NCBI GenBank assembly: GCA_964016885.1
Contig: OZ024740.1
Location: 371,628,001-371,692,000, forward strand
DNA: 64,000 nucleotides
Direction of reading: 5' to 3'
Source: Eledone cirrhosa
Taxonomy: Eukaryota
Part shown: piece by piece, positions 40,901 to 60,706 of the stretch
Position numbering within the stretch: position 1 is the first letter of the stretch
Layout: each line of letters opens with the position of its first letter
Notes under the pieces: model-generated
The model's input: only the letters and a program-made list of their open reading frames with translations
What the model was told of the DNA's origin: nothing
The model's database searches: none
Program-made: the position numbers and the translations under genes

Positions 40901-41557
40901 ACTGTGTAGGATCTGTGGAGAGAGAGAGGAGACTGTGGCTCACATTGTATCCGAGTGTAAACACCTACCCCAGACTCACTATATAGGCTGGAGACATGAT
41001 GTGATGGGCAGGGTGATCCACTGGCACCTATGCAAAGTAAATAATTTACCATATTCGGAGAAGTGGTATGAGCATAAGCCAGAGTCGGTGATAGAAAACG
41101 ATCAGGTGAAGGTGCTGTGGGATTTTAGGATACAGACGGACAAGAAACTAAAACACAATAGACCTGACCTGGTGGTTTTGGACAAGGAAAAAAGATCGTG
41201 GATGTAGCCTGCCCATTCGACACAAGAGTGTAAGAGAAGGAGAGGGAGAAAATTAACCGATACCAGGTCTTAAAGTGGGAGGTAAAAAGGATTTGGAACT
41301 GCCATGAAGTCAAAGTGGTCCCGATTGTCATAGGCGCACTAGGTACTATCTCAAAGAGTTTCCAAGGATGGTTAAAGAAAATTGGTTCCGCCCCGCTTTT
41401 TGGAACAATTCAAAAGGCATGCTTGCTGGGAACAACAAGAACCTTCCGATACGTCCAGAATATCTGAGGTTGCAGGTAGTGGCTTGATATTCATTTCAAC
41501 AAACTTTCCAGTCGAATAACATCAATGACTGAGACTCAAAGAACAATAATAATAATA
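37960..41557 (+). mobile_element. R4/Dong-like RLE non-LTR retrotransposon (degenerate), (AAT)n tail
   Basis: WTKELN..GYRKRM, EPWWKKRL, YRPIICL, DYKKAFDMVPH, GILQGDSLSPLLF, HLLFMDDLKL, CRICGEREETVAHIVSEC, RHD, NRPDLVV; ORF ends ~41467, then AATAATAATAAT. Confidence 0.9.
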
Positions 41558-41637
41558 AAAAATTTGAAGACTAAAATCCAAAGAGGGCTCGATAAGGATA
41601 AATATATATCAAATATATAAGAACCGTAGGGCAAATA

Positions 41638-42451
41638 TTTATTAAAATAACAGATTAAAGTTTAAGCAAAGAATCGCTGCTTTCACTCTTAACAGGATCT
41701 TCTGAAACTAAAAAAATCAATCTGTGAACGCAGAAGTAAATATTTCTGAAAACGTTGCAACCGAAGGAAGACAGGAAGACTATACTTTGGTTCGTGGAGA
41801 CGTTCCCAGGCAATGAACGAAAAAAAAACGAAACTAATACGTCATTATTTGGACTGAGTGAACAATTACACACAAAGACAAAACCACGTTTATGGTATAA
41901 ATGAAGTCGGGGACTCATATTCTATTTAGGTGGTTCGTGGAGACGTTCCCTGGTAATGAACGAAAAAGAAACGAAGATAATACGTCATTCTGTAGTCGTA
42001 GACTAAAATTCTATTTCGGAAACCGAATGATTCTCGGCTTCAGAGTTAAGAATAATGTAAATATATTACAGAGGTTATTGAAATCAACAAAAATTTGATT
42101 TCAATAACCTCTGTAATTTATTTACATTATTCTTAACTCTGAAGCCGAGAATCATCGGTTTCCTAGATAGAATTTTAGTCTACGACTTCCTTTATACCAT
42201 AAACGTCGTTTTGTCTTTGCGTGTAATTGTTCCCTACGCTCACATAATGACGTATTATCTTCGTTTTTTCCCCGTTAATTGCCAGGGAACGTCTCCGCGA
42301 ACCAAAGTATCGTCTTCCTATCTTCTTTTGGTTGCAACGTTTTTCGAAATATTTACTTCTACGTTCACAGATTGATTTTTTTTAGTTTCAGAAGATCCCG
42401 TTAAGGGTGAAAGCAGCGATTCTTTGCTTAAACTTTAATCTGTTATTTTAA

Positions 42452-42455
<4 letters not shown>
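41638..42455. repeat. ~820-bp foldback element centred at ~42092
   Basis: Inner arms (~41996-42088 / 42096-42187) and outer arms (from 41638 / to 42455) are reverse complements; followed by (AT)n. Confidence 0.88.
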
Positions 42456-42540
<85 letters not shown>

Positions 42541-42542
<2 letters not shown>

Positions 42543-42783
42543 AGGGCGGGTAAAATTCCCGAGATCCATGGAGATGGACGAGTTCTCTCCAGCGGTCTCT
42601 GTCCCTCATTATCGCTGCCATGTCCTGCGTCTCCAACAGACCAGTGTCTGTCCTTAGGGCATCAACATACGTTAACCTTGGTCTTCCCCTTCCAGTTTGT
42701 TCATGCATGGGCTCCTACAGAAGCACTGAGTGCAGTGTCAACTCTGGATGTCGGTGAGCATGTCCAGCTAACCTCAGTCTCCT
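42541..42783 (-). mobile_element. 3' fragment of the same RTE family as 21808-22470, with an (AT)n tail
   Basis: CTAGGGCGGGTAAAATTCCCGAGATCCATGGA... is nearly identical to 21816-22052. Confidence 0.88.
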
Positions 42784-43178
42784 GACACTAATTATATATT
42801 ATCTAAATTAGAAAATGTTAAATTTCATAAGAAGTATTTACTTTGTTTCATCGATAATATCATGAAATAATTCACAATTGCTAACAATTTGAAATGTCGC
42901 CTTATTCCATACAACTTAAAATCAAATTTGTCAGAATTATCCACTCGGTTGCTTCAAAAGATGCCGTGGCACTTCAGCTGGTAGAATAGGAAAAACGTTT
43001 TCCTTTAAATCGCTAAATTTCACAATCTCCACTGCTCTGTTGCTCATTCTCATCCAACCCAGAAAGAGCCAAACATCTTCAGAATTATACGCTTTATTGC
43101 ACCCAAACATGTTTAAATATTTTACTTGTTCTTAGATAATTTTTAACTTTCTGAAATATGAATAACTCCCTTTACCTA

Positions 43179-48985
<5,807 letters not shown>

Positions 48986-51900
48986 TGATAGAGTAAGACA
49001 CGCTTCACATCGGCTCCGCTATTCCATCGGGATTTACCCTTACTATGTAAGTACCGGATAAATTTTTCAGTGCAACACATTTGGAACACTAACCCCTGCC
49101 CCTGTTATTTAGGGAAACATTTTTGCATTTACCCCCTTTTTAGGGGGTAAAATAAATATCTAATTTTGCCGAAAAATTTCGTTCTTGGCAGCATGGCGGA
49201 AAAGATGGCAGACATGTCTGCCATTAGCTCTGCCACGCCCCCCAAGTCTGAAGAACAAAAAATAATTACAACAAAATTAGACAACGAAACAAACAAAGAA
49301 AATGAAAAAACAAATGTTAAGGAAAATGAGCAAACGGAAAACAAACAAACAGAAAATAATACAAATAACAACAGGGCAACTTTCGCCCAGAAAACAAAAC
49401 AATCCATTACATACACACCAATTGACCTAACGGCCGCCAGAGAAAAACTGGCCGAAGCAAAGAAACACATTGTTTTGGGGGAAAACGGAATGTTTTCCAT
49501 TAACTCCCCCCCCAGAATTCAAGAAAGCGAGAACAGAGAACACAGTTCTCTTCAGAACAATCCTAAACCAAACAAGAAAGCCAGCACAGCCCAGCCAAAT
49601 GGAGATAGAGTTGGTCCTAAAAGACTATATGAAGAATATTCTCTTCATACGAAAGGACCGACTCTATGGCAGCATTTCGGTCCTAACAAAAGACAAGGAA
49701 ACGGCGGAGAAGCTTTCCATAAGCCCACTCTAATCGACAACATACAGCTTCTATCCCTCCTACATGGGTAGAAGAACACAGAGAGTAAAAATACAAACAA
49801 TGCTGCCCACAATGGACTTCTGGTGGGCTATTGCTGGCTTCATAGACATGGGCGAGGACACAGTGCTGTCAATGGGGAAGGCATCCGGAGATGCGTTCCT
49901 GGGAATGGGCCTCGACCTACTAGTCCAAATGAGGCCCGAAAGAATAGCACAAATCCCCGATCGCATCTGGCTGGATGAGCTCACCCAATAGATATAATTG
50001 TAGAGGGGAGAAGACCAGCATGCTATTTATGCACGGAAAGGGGACACATTAAGGCTAACTGCCCGAAACGTATCCCCCAAAAAGGACTATTGCCCACACC
50101 CATCACAAACAGTACACCAACACCACCCACCTCCAAAAATACACTAATACCACACACAGAAAACAAAATACAAACACCACCAAGCACAACACAAACATCA
50201 CCACCACCAGCACCAACACAAACACCACTACCACCATTACCAACCACAAGCACGACACAAACAGCAGCACCACCACCACAAAACGCATTCCAAACAAATA
50301 ATAAAAAAAACAGCAACAAATCTACCCCTCCCGCAAAAAAAAACAACCAGACACGACGTCCCTCCCACCTAGCGCTGAAGAGTTTCCCCCAACTTCTGAA
50401 GAAGAAGGAGAAGCCTTCAGACAAGTTAAAAGAAAAAAAAGAAAGCACACACCCAGCACACCACAAATAACCCACACACAAACACCAACTCCAATAAAAA
50501 ACACCCCACCCTCAACAAACAAAAATAAATCTGCGCCTCCCCTCTCCGAAACATTGACAGCATCACAAAAAAAGACATTGCAATACACATATATAAATAA
50601 AGAAAACAAAAAACTGTTTAAATTAATAAACAATAGCCCTTTGGTACAAACCGAAGGGCCAAACTTTATCTCAACAGAGAACTTCACCCATTTAAAAATG
50701 ATAAAGGTCCCTCTGGACCTTTATCGTTCCTTAAAAGAACAATTTAGACAGGACGTGAGCCCCCCCTGTTTAAAACCGTTAAATCGCGTCCTCTTGAAAG
50801 ATTTCCCCATAACCTCCCCTCTCCCCGACACAACTCCAAACACCCCAACCCCACCACACTCGGGCACCCCCACACCACCACAAAACATCCCTCCACCCAA
50901 CACACCTGACGCCATGGAAATTACACAGCCCGGAGAGGTAGGTGCTTTTCTTTCTTCACTTTCAACACCAAAATAGATCAATTGAGAGTTGGCTGTTTGA
51001 ACGCGCATGGCCTGGGATCAGCTTGGAAGCAAGCAAAGCTACTAAGTGACCTCAGGTCACGAAGTATAGATGTAATGGTTGTTTGCGAGAGTCGGATCAG
51101 CAGCGTGCGACAGCTGGCTCCCGCCTTCGATGACTTTGAGATGCACGCATCTCTCTGTCAACCCGGAGGCGGGGGGGGGGGAGTTGCCGTACTGCTGGAT
51201 AAACGTCTGGCTCTCGACGTACAGATTGTTCACTCGGACCCGGGGGGTCGATTACTGGTGCTGGACGTCGGAGGCGGTGAAGGCGGGGCTTTCAGACTGG
51301 TCGGTCTTTATGCCCCCTTCGGGGCTGAAAGAGCCGACTTCTTCCAGCGACTGGAGACTTTTCTAGGAACGTCGCGTTCCCTGCTTTTTGTGGGGGACTG
51401 GAATGGAATCCTAGATGCGCGTTGGGACTATGCAGGGGAATGTCCCGATAGAGGGGGTGTAGCAGCCTCAAGGGGTTACTCGATCGATTCGACCTGGTCG
51501 ATAGATTTCGACTAGATTGTCCAACTGCGCCAACCTGGACCTGGGCAAACCGCAGTGGACAATCTAGATCGTACCTAGATAGGTTTTTGGTTAGGAGTAA
51601 GGATAGGGACGTATTTAGTTGTCCAGAATTGATCATGGTTGGCTATTCAGATCACAAATTAGTGACCTGCGTGGTCAACCTTGATAGAACGCATAGACAG
51701 GGTCCCGGTTACTGGAAGATGAACTTGTCCTTGCCGGCAAAGAAAGATTACAGGAACCGAATTAGTAGCTTAGTTAAGATGCGGTTGACGGGAGCGATCG
51801 TCAACAGTAGGTGGTGGGTATCTTTAAAGAGAGAGATTAGAGTAAGTTCGATAGGTTACAGTAAGGAACTAGCGGCGAATAGAAATAGGAAGGAAAGGGA

Positions 51901-54662
51901 GTTAACAGATAAACTAGAAGAGGCGATTAGGAGCGGAGACGTAGCCAGAGTGTTAGCGGCGAGAACGGCGTTGAGCCAGTTCTTTGACGCGAAGCACGAA
52001 GGCTGCGTTGTCCGAAGTAAAATACGTGCTTTAGGAAACGAGGGGACCAAAGCTGTTAGCTGGGCCCGCGTGACAGAAGCCAAGAGTGGGATTAAATCCA
52101 CCATTCGGTCTTTGCGAGACCAGGATGGACGGGTGATCCTTGAACCTGAGCGGATGTGCGAGGCCTTTCAAAGGCACTTTGCTCGACTGTTCGGAGGGGG
52201 CGGGGGGCCGGACGGGGATGTGGACTTCGGTCCATACCTCGACGGTCTACCGCGTCTTTCGAGCGGCGAAGCGGAGTGCTGCGAAAGGCCAATCACAGCC
52301 ACTGAAATCGGGGAAGCGCTCAGCCAATGCAGCAGACGCAAATCTCCGGGTCTCGATGGTCTACCATACGAACTTTATTTAGCTATGCCGGTCTTGTTCT
52401 CCGAACTCCTCGAGGCTGTCTATTCCAACTGGCAACAGAACGGGAGAATTCCCTGTTCTGTGACCAAGGGCGTGGTCACGCTAGTGAGGAAGGACGAGAG
52501 CAAGGGGGACGACTTAAGTAACTTTAGGCCCATAACTCTGCTGAATGCAGAGTTACAGATTTTGGCCAAGGTGTTGGCGAAGAGGTTGGCGCTTGTGGTG
52601 GGTGGTTTGGTGGGAGACGCGCAGACATGCGCTATCCCGTCCAGGTCCATTCACGACAACCTCCACCTCATGCGATACATCATAGAGAGGGTTGGCAACG
52701 AACCCGGCTTTGGTGGGGCCCTGATCAACTTGGATCAATCTAAGGCGTTCGATAGGGTCGACCATGATTACCTGGATGCGGTGCTAGCGGCGGCGGGCTT
52801 CGGACCCGTTTTCAGGGGCTGGATTTCTGCCATGCACAGTGGCAACATCTACTCTAGGATTAAAGTAAACGGCTACTTCTCGGAGCCGTTTCAAATCACC
52901 CGGTCCATCAGACAGGGGTGCCCCCTCTCCTCCCTTCTGTACGTATTGACTCTCGAGCCACTGCTGCGGAAGTTGGAGTTGCTGCGGGGCATACCCCTGG
53001 AACCGGGATTGCACAAAGCGGTCTCGGCCTATGCCGACGACATAACAGTAATGGTGGCGGACGCCTCGGAAATCGGGGCGATCGCCACCCTACTGGAGGA
53101 ATACGAAAGGCTGACGGGGCTAGGCTGAACCGGGACAAGTCAGTCGGTTTGCAACTCGGAACGTGGAGGGGCAAACCGATGCCGTTAGACGGTGTCGTCG
53201 GGCGGTGGACGGAGGGCCCGGTGAAGCTGCTCGGGGTCTGGTTCGGACTGGACCTCCAGGTGGAGAAGAATTGGGGCGAGGTGACGAGCAGGGTGTTTGC
53301 GCTGACCCAGAAGTGGGCCAAGTGCAAACTATCACTGAAAGGTCGGGCGGAGGTGACGAACGCTTACATAGCGTCCGTCATCTGCTACCGCCTGACCGTC
53401 GTGCCTTGCCCCAAGGAAAAGATCACCATCATGGAACGCATGCTCTTCCAGTTCCTCTGGAAGAAGCGGCCTCCCATGGTGAGGAGATCCATCTGCTGCC
53501 AGCACCCTTCGAAAGGAGGGCTGGGTATGCCGTGGCTGTTGATGCGTAGGCACGCATTGAGGCTACGGCATCTACAGGTATTCCTCACCGGTCAGCCGGT
53601 GTGGGCCCCGTTTGTGAGGCGAGCCTTCCCACAGCTCGTCTCGCTCACCGAGCTGCAATCCTGGGTGAAGCAAAGACCGAGAAAACTGGGCAACTGGCAC
53701 ACCGAGTGTGCCCAGGCGCTCACGGCTATCTGGCAAGCGGACCCGACTGTCAGTGGAGAATCCACCTCGACATTCTATAGAGGGCTGGTGGCTAGCAGGG
53801 GCGACGACACCCTTGGAGAGTCGCTAGGCATGGAGGAGGACGAACTGGCCAGCCTGTTCGGTAGAACTTTCGGCCCGGGACCCATGGACAACTTCCAGAG
53901 GTCCCTAGCCTGGCAGTGTTACGGGGGGGCTCTGCCCGTTCGAGAAAAGCTCTACAGACACGGGCGCCCGGGCAGGGATCCAGCGAAAAAGATCTGTCCC
54001 AGATGCGTGCGCGACGAGGAAACCGTTGCGCATGCACTGGTACACTGCCCGGGCGTTGCCGATCTGTGGGGCTACGTCGAACGACTGCTGTCGCGTGTGG
54101 CGCCGATTCGATTAACCGCCGAGTCTGTGGTGAACATCAAGCCGCCGCCTCCCTTCAGAAACGAAGCAGAGGCGGTCTTTCTGTGCGTAATAGCCATGAT
54201 GAAAGAGGTTGTGTGGTGGACGCGCCTGAAAGGTCTGAGGTCGGGTGACTTTCTCTCCGGCCATCACCTGGTTTACTTCTTCCGATACCATTTCGGAAGA
54301 AGGATCAGGATGGAGAGAGAAGTGCTTGGCCCCAGACAGTTTTATGAAAGGTGGGTGAAAGAAGCGAGAATGGCTCGTGTAAATGGGCCTTCTCTCTACA
54401 TTGTTCTGTAGGTGAAGAAGTGAAGAGGAAAGGGGGAGCGCCTCCTCTCTGGGCTTCCCCCGCGAAAAGGGTTGCACACTTTTCGGGGGTATGTGCAATC
54501 CCGAACACGCCCCCTCCCTTTTGAGGACTTTTTATTATTATATTATTATTGTTATTCCTTTTTCTTTACTCGATTTATGTAAACTTCCCCACTGTGTATT
54601 TGTCCCCTTCTTTTGTGCCCTCGTGGCAAATAAATAGAAATTTATCTATCTATCTATCTATC
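48986..54662 (+). mobile_element. Tx1-like element C, full length, most intact, (TATC)n tail
   Basis: ORF1 49193-~50976 (CYLCTERGHIKANC), ORF2 ~50973-54411 with all RT motifs, 3' end CCCTCGTGGCAAATAAATAGAAATT(TATC)n. Confidence 0.93.
50973..54411 (+). pseudogene. Element C ORF2 (two frameshifts; start codon reads ATA)
   Basis: LDQSKAFDRVDH, IRQGCPLSSLLY, SAYADDI, CPRCVRDEETVAHALVHC; frameshifts near 51475 and 53118. Confidence 0.9.
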
Positions 54663-57600
54663 GACGGACGTGCAGTAGATCGTCGGTAAGTTTTTGTAAA
54701 ATTTTCTATACATAAACAGAATTTAATGTGAAAATTTATATTGTTTGATAGATTAACACCTAGGCTGAATTGTCAGCTGGGTGGTAACCTCAGTTTTCAC
54801 CTCACAGGGGCGGAAATTTTATTTGAAAGATTTTTAAAAATTTAATATTTTTGCTATCGATAATGGCTAGCTTAGTAGAAGCAACGCTACCGAACGCTGG
54901 CGAAGAAAGTAGAGAGAGAAATGCAGAGAGTAACGTTACCGCAACTTCTGCATACATAGGCGTCACTATGGAGACAAATAGTGACGACAAAGTTTTGTTT
55001 TGCCAAGAAGCCGAAAATGCAACTTACAAGATGGACCACACAGCTTACAACAGACATCAAAAACCACAAAAAATGAAACAATAGACACAACTACAAACGG
55101 AAAAACTGACAACCACAACAACAACAACAACAAAAAAATAACTTTTACAGAAACAGTCACAAATAATAATAACGTTACCTCTAACTCCGCATATATAGGC
55201 GTCTCCATGGAAGCCAATATGGACAACAAAAATAAAAACAAGATCGAACCACACAGTGTACAACAGAAAAAACAACAGAAAATAAAACTATTGACACAAC
55301 TACAAACGGAAAAACCGACAACCACAACAACAACAATAACAACACCAAAAAAACTTTTGCGCAAACAGTCATCAAGACTCAAGAATTCAAGGATCTCGAT
55401 ATCTCCAATGCGAAACAGATGCTCTTTGAAGCAAAGGAGTTTATCACTTTCGGTGAAAACGGTGAATTTCAAATAAACTCAGCCCCAGAAATTCGCCTGG
55501 AAACATTTCGAAGGACAATTACCATCAGAACTGTTTTTCAAATGAAACAAAACGACCAGCATTCCTCAGTCAAGGGGAAATTGAGGCAACCTTGAAGGAG
55601 ATATTGCCAAACATTGACTTTATGCAGAGGGCCAAACAGTACGGGAGTATTTCAGTACTCCTCAAAAGCGAGGCACTTGCACAAAGATACTCAGTGATGC
55701 CAATACTGTCAAAAAAGACACCTTTTTCCCTACATACCTGGGAAAAAGGACACAAAAAATCGGAATTACAAAACATACCACCAAATATTAATATTTGGTG
55801 GATATTGGCAGGATTTTTAGAGGAGAGAAAAGACACCATTCTCTCCATCAAAAGGTCAACCAGACACACGTGGTCGGGTACAAATTTGGAGATTCTGGTG
55901 CAAATGAGCCCGGAAAGAGTCTCCAAAATACCAGAAAAAGTGCTGATGGACAACAACAACCACATAAGCATTTCGGTTGAGGGACGAAAACCACATTGCT
56001 TTCGTTGCAATAGCACCACACACCTAAAGGCCTCCTGCCCTTTACAAACATGCCCAACTAAAACAATACAAAAGAAAACACTGTTACCAACACTAACACC
56101 AAAACAACCACCACCACAACAACAACAATAACTACACACGAAACAAGCAAACACACCAAAACAAACAGCCACTCAACCAACAACAACAAAAAAACACACA
56201 GACAACACCCCTGAAGAACACAGCCCCATCCCATCCCACTCCATCAAACACTACCACATACACACACCGAAACACCACCACCACCACACAACAAACCCCT
56301 ACCCCACACTCCTGACGATGATTATTCATTAACAGATGAGGCTGCTTCTCCTTCTTTAAGTGAAGAAGAAGGAGAACCGCGGAAATCCAAAAAACAAGAA
56401 AAAGAGACACCACAAAACCCCCGAAACTCCAATCACCAACACCAACACACAACCACAGACACAAACAACAACACAAACAACACCACAGTCAAACATCCCC
56501 CTACCAGCAAAACCAACACCAACACCACCCCAAAGAAGCATCCACCATAAAAAGAAAACTCCCGAACGAACAACAAACAATAACAACACAACAAAAACAC
56601 AAACAACAATACGCATACATCAACACAAACAACAAGAGTTTGATGGAGGTCATCTCCCAAAATCCCAAGGTGGAGACGGAGGGCAAATCTTTCGTTAAAG
56701 CAGAATCGTCTCCACACCTTAAACTTATAAGTGTTTCTATGGAGACCTATATTGACCCGAAGAAAAAATGTTCGCAGATTGTGGGCAACCCCTGCCAGAA
56801 ACCCATCAACCGCGTCCTGTTAAAATGATTCCCCACCCCACCCAACACTTCCTCCAGCACCCAAATGGAGATTGAACAACCCGATCTCCAGGAAACGAAA
56901 AGGTAAGTGTACCTTTTCGTCCCTTTTCGCCAACTCTTCTCCACCAACATGGCTGACTTACGAGTTGGAAGCGTGAATGAGCGTGGCCTAGGGATGCCCT
57001 GGAAACAGGGCCAACTTTTAAACGACCTTAGGTCACACGGTATGGATGTGATAGCCATCACCGAGTCTAGGATCCACAACAGGCAGCAACTAACCCCCAT
57101 TTTGATTGACTTTGAGATCTACGCATCTCTCTGTCAGCCAGGAGGTGGAGCTCAGACTGGTGGCCGTTTATGCTCCGACCGGGCAATCGCAATCACGGCC
57201 AGACTTCTTTAAGCGTCTAGAGTCTTTTCTGGGAACGTCTCGCTCCTTACTTTTAGTGGGGGACTGGAATGGTATCCTAGATGCCCGATGGGACTATGTG
57301 GGAGCATGTCCCAGTAGAGGGGGGTGCAACAGCCTAAAAAATGTAATCGGCCAATTCCAACTGGCCGATAGCTATCGACTAGATTTCCCGACTGCACCAC
57401 AGTGGACGTGGGCAAACCGCAGCGGGACATCTAGATCGTATTTAGATAGGTTTTTCATTAGAGAGAAGGACAAGATGTTAAGCTGTCCACAAATGCACAT
57501 GGTTGCCTATTCAGACCACAAACTAGTCATCTGCATTGTCAACCGTGATAGAATACATAGACAAGGACCCGGATACTGGAAGCTGAACGTGTCGCTACCG

Positions 57601-60530
57601 ACACGTAAAGCCTACAGTGAACGGATAAGTAGATTAGTTAAGCAACATTTGACGGGAGCCATCGTCAACAACAGATGGTGGTACCCCCTCAAGAAAGCAA
57701 TTAGAGTAGAGTCGATAGACTTTAGCAGAGAGTTAGCCTTAGAGAGAAACAAAACAGAAACGGAACTAGTAGCCAAGGTAGAGGAGGCGCTTAGGAGTGT
57801 CAACGTAGCTAGAGTGCTAGCAACGAGAACGGCCCTGGACCAGTTCTTCGACGCGAAACACGAAGGCTGCGTGGTCAGAAGTAAATCACGTGCTCTAGGA
57901 AACGACGGAGCGAAAGCTGTTAGCTGGGCACGAGTGGCAGAGGCGAAATGTAGCAGCAAGTCCAGAATTCGGTCTTTGAAAGACCAAAACGGACGCGTGT
58001 TATTTGACCACAAGCGGATGTGCGCGGCCTTTCAGCGGCACTTTGCGCAACTGTTCGGGCAGAGTGACGGTGCGTCGAACGGAGCAATGGACTTCGGTTC
58101 ATACCTCGACGGCCTGCCGCATCTCTCGAGCATGGACGCCGAGTTCTGCGAAAGACCGATCACAGCCACTGAGATACGGGACGCTCTGGGCCGCTGCGGG
58201 AAATGCAAATCACCCAATCTAGATGGTCTACCCTATGAGTTTTACACAGGCATACCGGACTTGTTCACTGGCGTCCTCAAAGCCGTCTACTGAAACTGGT
58301 AGCAGAACGGGAGAATTCCAAGTTCTGCAGGCAGAGGCGTAGTAACGCTGATCAGGAAAGACGAGAACAAGGGGGACGGACTAAGCAACTTTAGGCCCAT
58401 AACTCTGCTCAACACAAAGTTAAAGATTTTGGCCAAGGTGTTGGCAACGAGGTTGGCGCTTGTCGTCGAGAACCTGGTAGGGAAAGCGCAAACGTGTGCA
58501 ATCCCGACCAGGTCCATACACGACAACCTCCACCTCATGAGATACATTATAGAGAGGGTGGGGTGTAAACCCGGCCTTGGTGGGGCTCTGATCAATTTAG
58601 ATCAGTCTAAGGCGTTCGATAGGGTCGACCATCGATACTAGGAAGCGGTTGTCAAGGCGGCCGGTTTCGGATCCGTCTTCAGAGGCTGGATCGCTGCAAT
58701 GCACACCAACATCTGCTCGATGGTCAAGGTGAACGGCTACCTATCGGAGCCGTTCGCAATCACGCGTTCCATCCGACAGGGATGCCCTCTTTCCTCCATT
58801 CTGTACATACTGAATCTAGAGCCACTATCGAGGAAGCTGGAGCTGCTGCAGGGCATTCCGTTGTAACCGGGACTGCGGAAAGCGACGTAACGGTAATGGT
58901 GTCGGAAGCCTCCGAAGTCGGGGCGGTCGGCAACTTACTGCAGGAATATGAAAGGCTCACAGGAGCAAAACTGAATCCGGACAAGTCTGTCGGTTTGCAA
59001 CTCGGAACGTGGAGAGGCAAACCGATGCCGTCCGACAGCGTCGTCGGACGCTGGACGGACGGACCGGTGAAATTGCTCGGGATCTGGTTCGGTCCAGACC
59101 TCCAGTTGGAGAAAAACTGGAACGAGGTCACGGCTAAGGTATTTGCGCAAACTATCCTTGAAAGGTCGAGCGGAGGTGGCGAACACTTTCATAGCGTCCG
59201 TCATCTACTACCGCTTGACCGTCGTGCCTTGTCCCCGTGAACACCTCACTAAGATCGAACGCATGCTCTTCCAGTTCCTTTGGAAGAAGCAGGCTCCACT
59301 GGTGAGGAGATCAGTCTGCTGTCAGCACCCTTACAACGGAGGGCTGGGAATAATGCCGTGGCTGATGATGCGCAAGCATGCCCTGAGGCTACGGCATCTA
59401 CAGGTATTCCTCACCGACCCCCAACCGGTGTGGGCACCGTTTGTGAGACAGGCCTTCCCGCAACTTGTCTCGCTGACGGAGCTGCAGTCCTGGGTCAAGC
59501 GAAGACCGAAGAAGATGGGCGCCTGGCACATTGAGTGCGCTCAGGCGCTCACAGTCCTCTGTCAAGCGGGCACGGTAATCAGTGGAGACTCCACTTCGGC
59601 ATTCTATAGAGGGTTAGTACGTCACAAGGGCGACGACGTGCTCGAAGAGACTCTAGGCGTCAAAGACGACGAACTCACCAGTCTGTTTGGTAGGACTTTC
59701 CGCCCGGGACCCATGGACAACTTCCAGAGGTCCCTGGCCTGGCAGTGCTACCGAGGAGCCCTACCAGTTCGTGACAAGATCTACAGGCACGGACGCCTCG
59801 GCAGGGATCCTTCCAAGAGGACGTGTCCAAGATGCGCGAAGGACATTGAAACTGTCTTGCACGCAATTGTACACTGCCCGGGCGTAACCGATCTGTGGAA
59901 CTACGCGGAACAACTGCTGTCGCGTATGGAACAAATCCAGTTGACTTCCGAGTTCATAGTAAGGATCAAACTACCAACTTCTTTCAAAAACGAAAGAGAG
60001 GCGGTTTTCCTCTGCATAGTGGGTATGGTGAAAGAGGTTATATGGTGGACCAGTTTGAGAGGACTAAGGACAGATGTCTTTCTCTCCGGACAACAACTCA
60101 TTCCCTTCTTTAGATACCACTTTAGAAGGAGAATCAAAGTGGAGAGAGAGGCACTGCACCCCAGTAAATTTACTGAAAGGTGGGTGACTGTGGCAAAAAT
60201 GGCCCGTGTGATTGGGCCTTCTCTGTATATAAACCTGTAGGTTGAAGAAGAAAGCAAAAGGAAGAAAGGAGCACTTGCACAACACGCTCCTGAAGTTGAG
60301 GGTTGTTCTATCGACGGGGTATTAAACAACCCATTTGTGGCGCCTCCCTCCTATTGGGGATTTCGATTGTTGTAATTGTTTGTTTTATATTTTTTTACAC
60401 GATTGTATGTAAAATCCCCGACATGTCTTTGTTTTGTCCCCTTTTCTTGTGCGCGTTTGTGGCTAATAAAGAAATATATCTAACTATCTATCTATCATAT
60501 CTCTCTTTCTCACTATCTATTTATCTATTA
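54663..60530 (+). mobile_element. Tx1-like element D, full length, degenerate (TATC)n tail
   Basis: ORF1 54863-~56906 (CFRCNSTTHLKASC), ORF2 56949-60240, 3' end TTTGTGGCTAATAAAGAAATA-TATC... Confidence 0.92.
56949..60240 (+). pseudogene. Element D ORF2
   Basis: MADLRVGSVNERGL...LDQSKAFDRVDH...CPRCAKDIETVLHAIVHC...GPSLYINL*; the YADD segment is deleted near 58885; stops. Confidence 0.9.
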
Positions 60531-60562
60531 ATTCTTAGATTTCATGTAGGAACAGATGGCCT

Positions 60563-60706
60563 GTATGTATGTATGTATGTATGTATGTATGTATGTATGT
60601 ATGTATGTATGTATGTATGTATGTATGTATGTGTGTGTGTGTATGTATGTACGTATGTATGTATGTATGTATGTATGTATGTATGTATGTATGTATGTAT
60701 GTATGC
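60563..60706. repeat. (TATG)n microsatellite upstream of the RTE element
   Basis: Direct reading. Confidence 0.95.
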
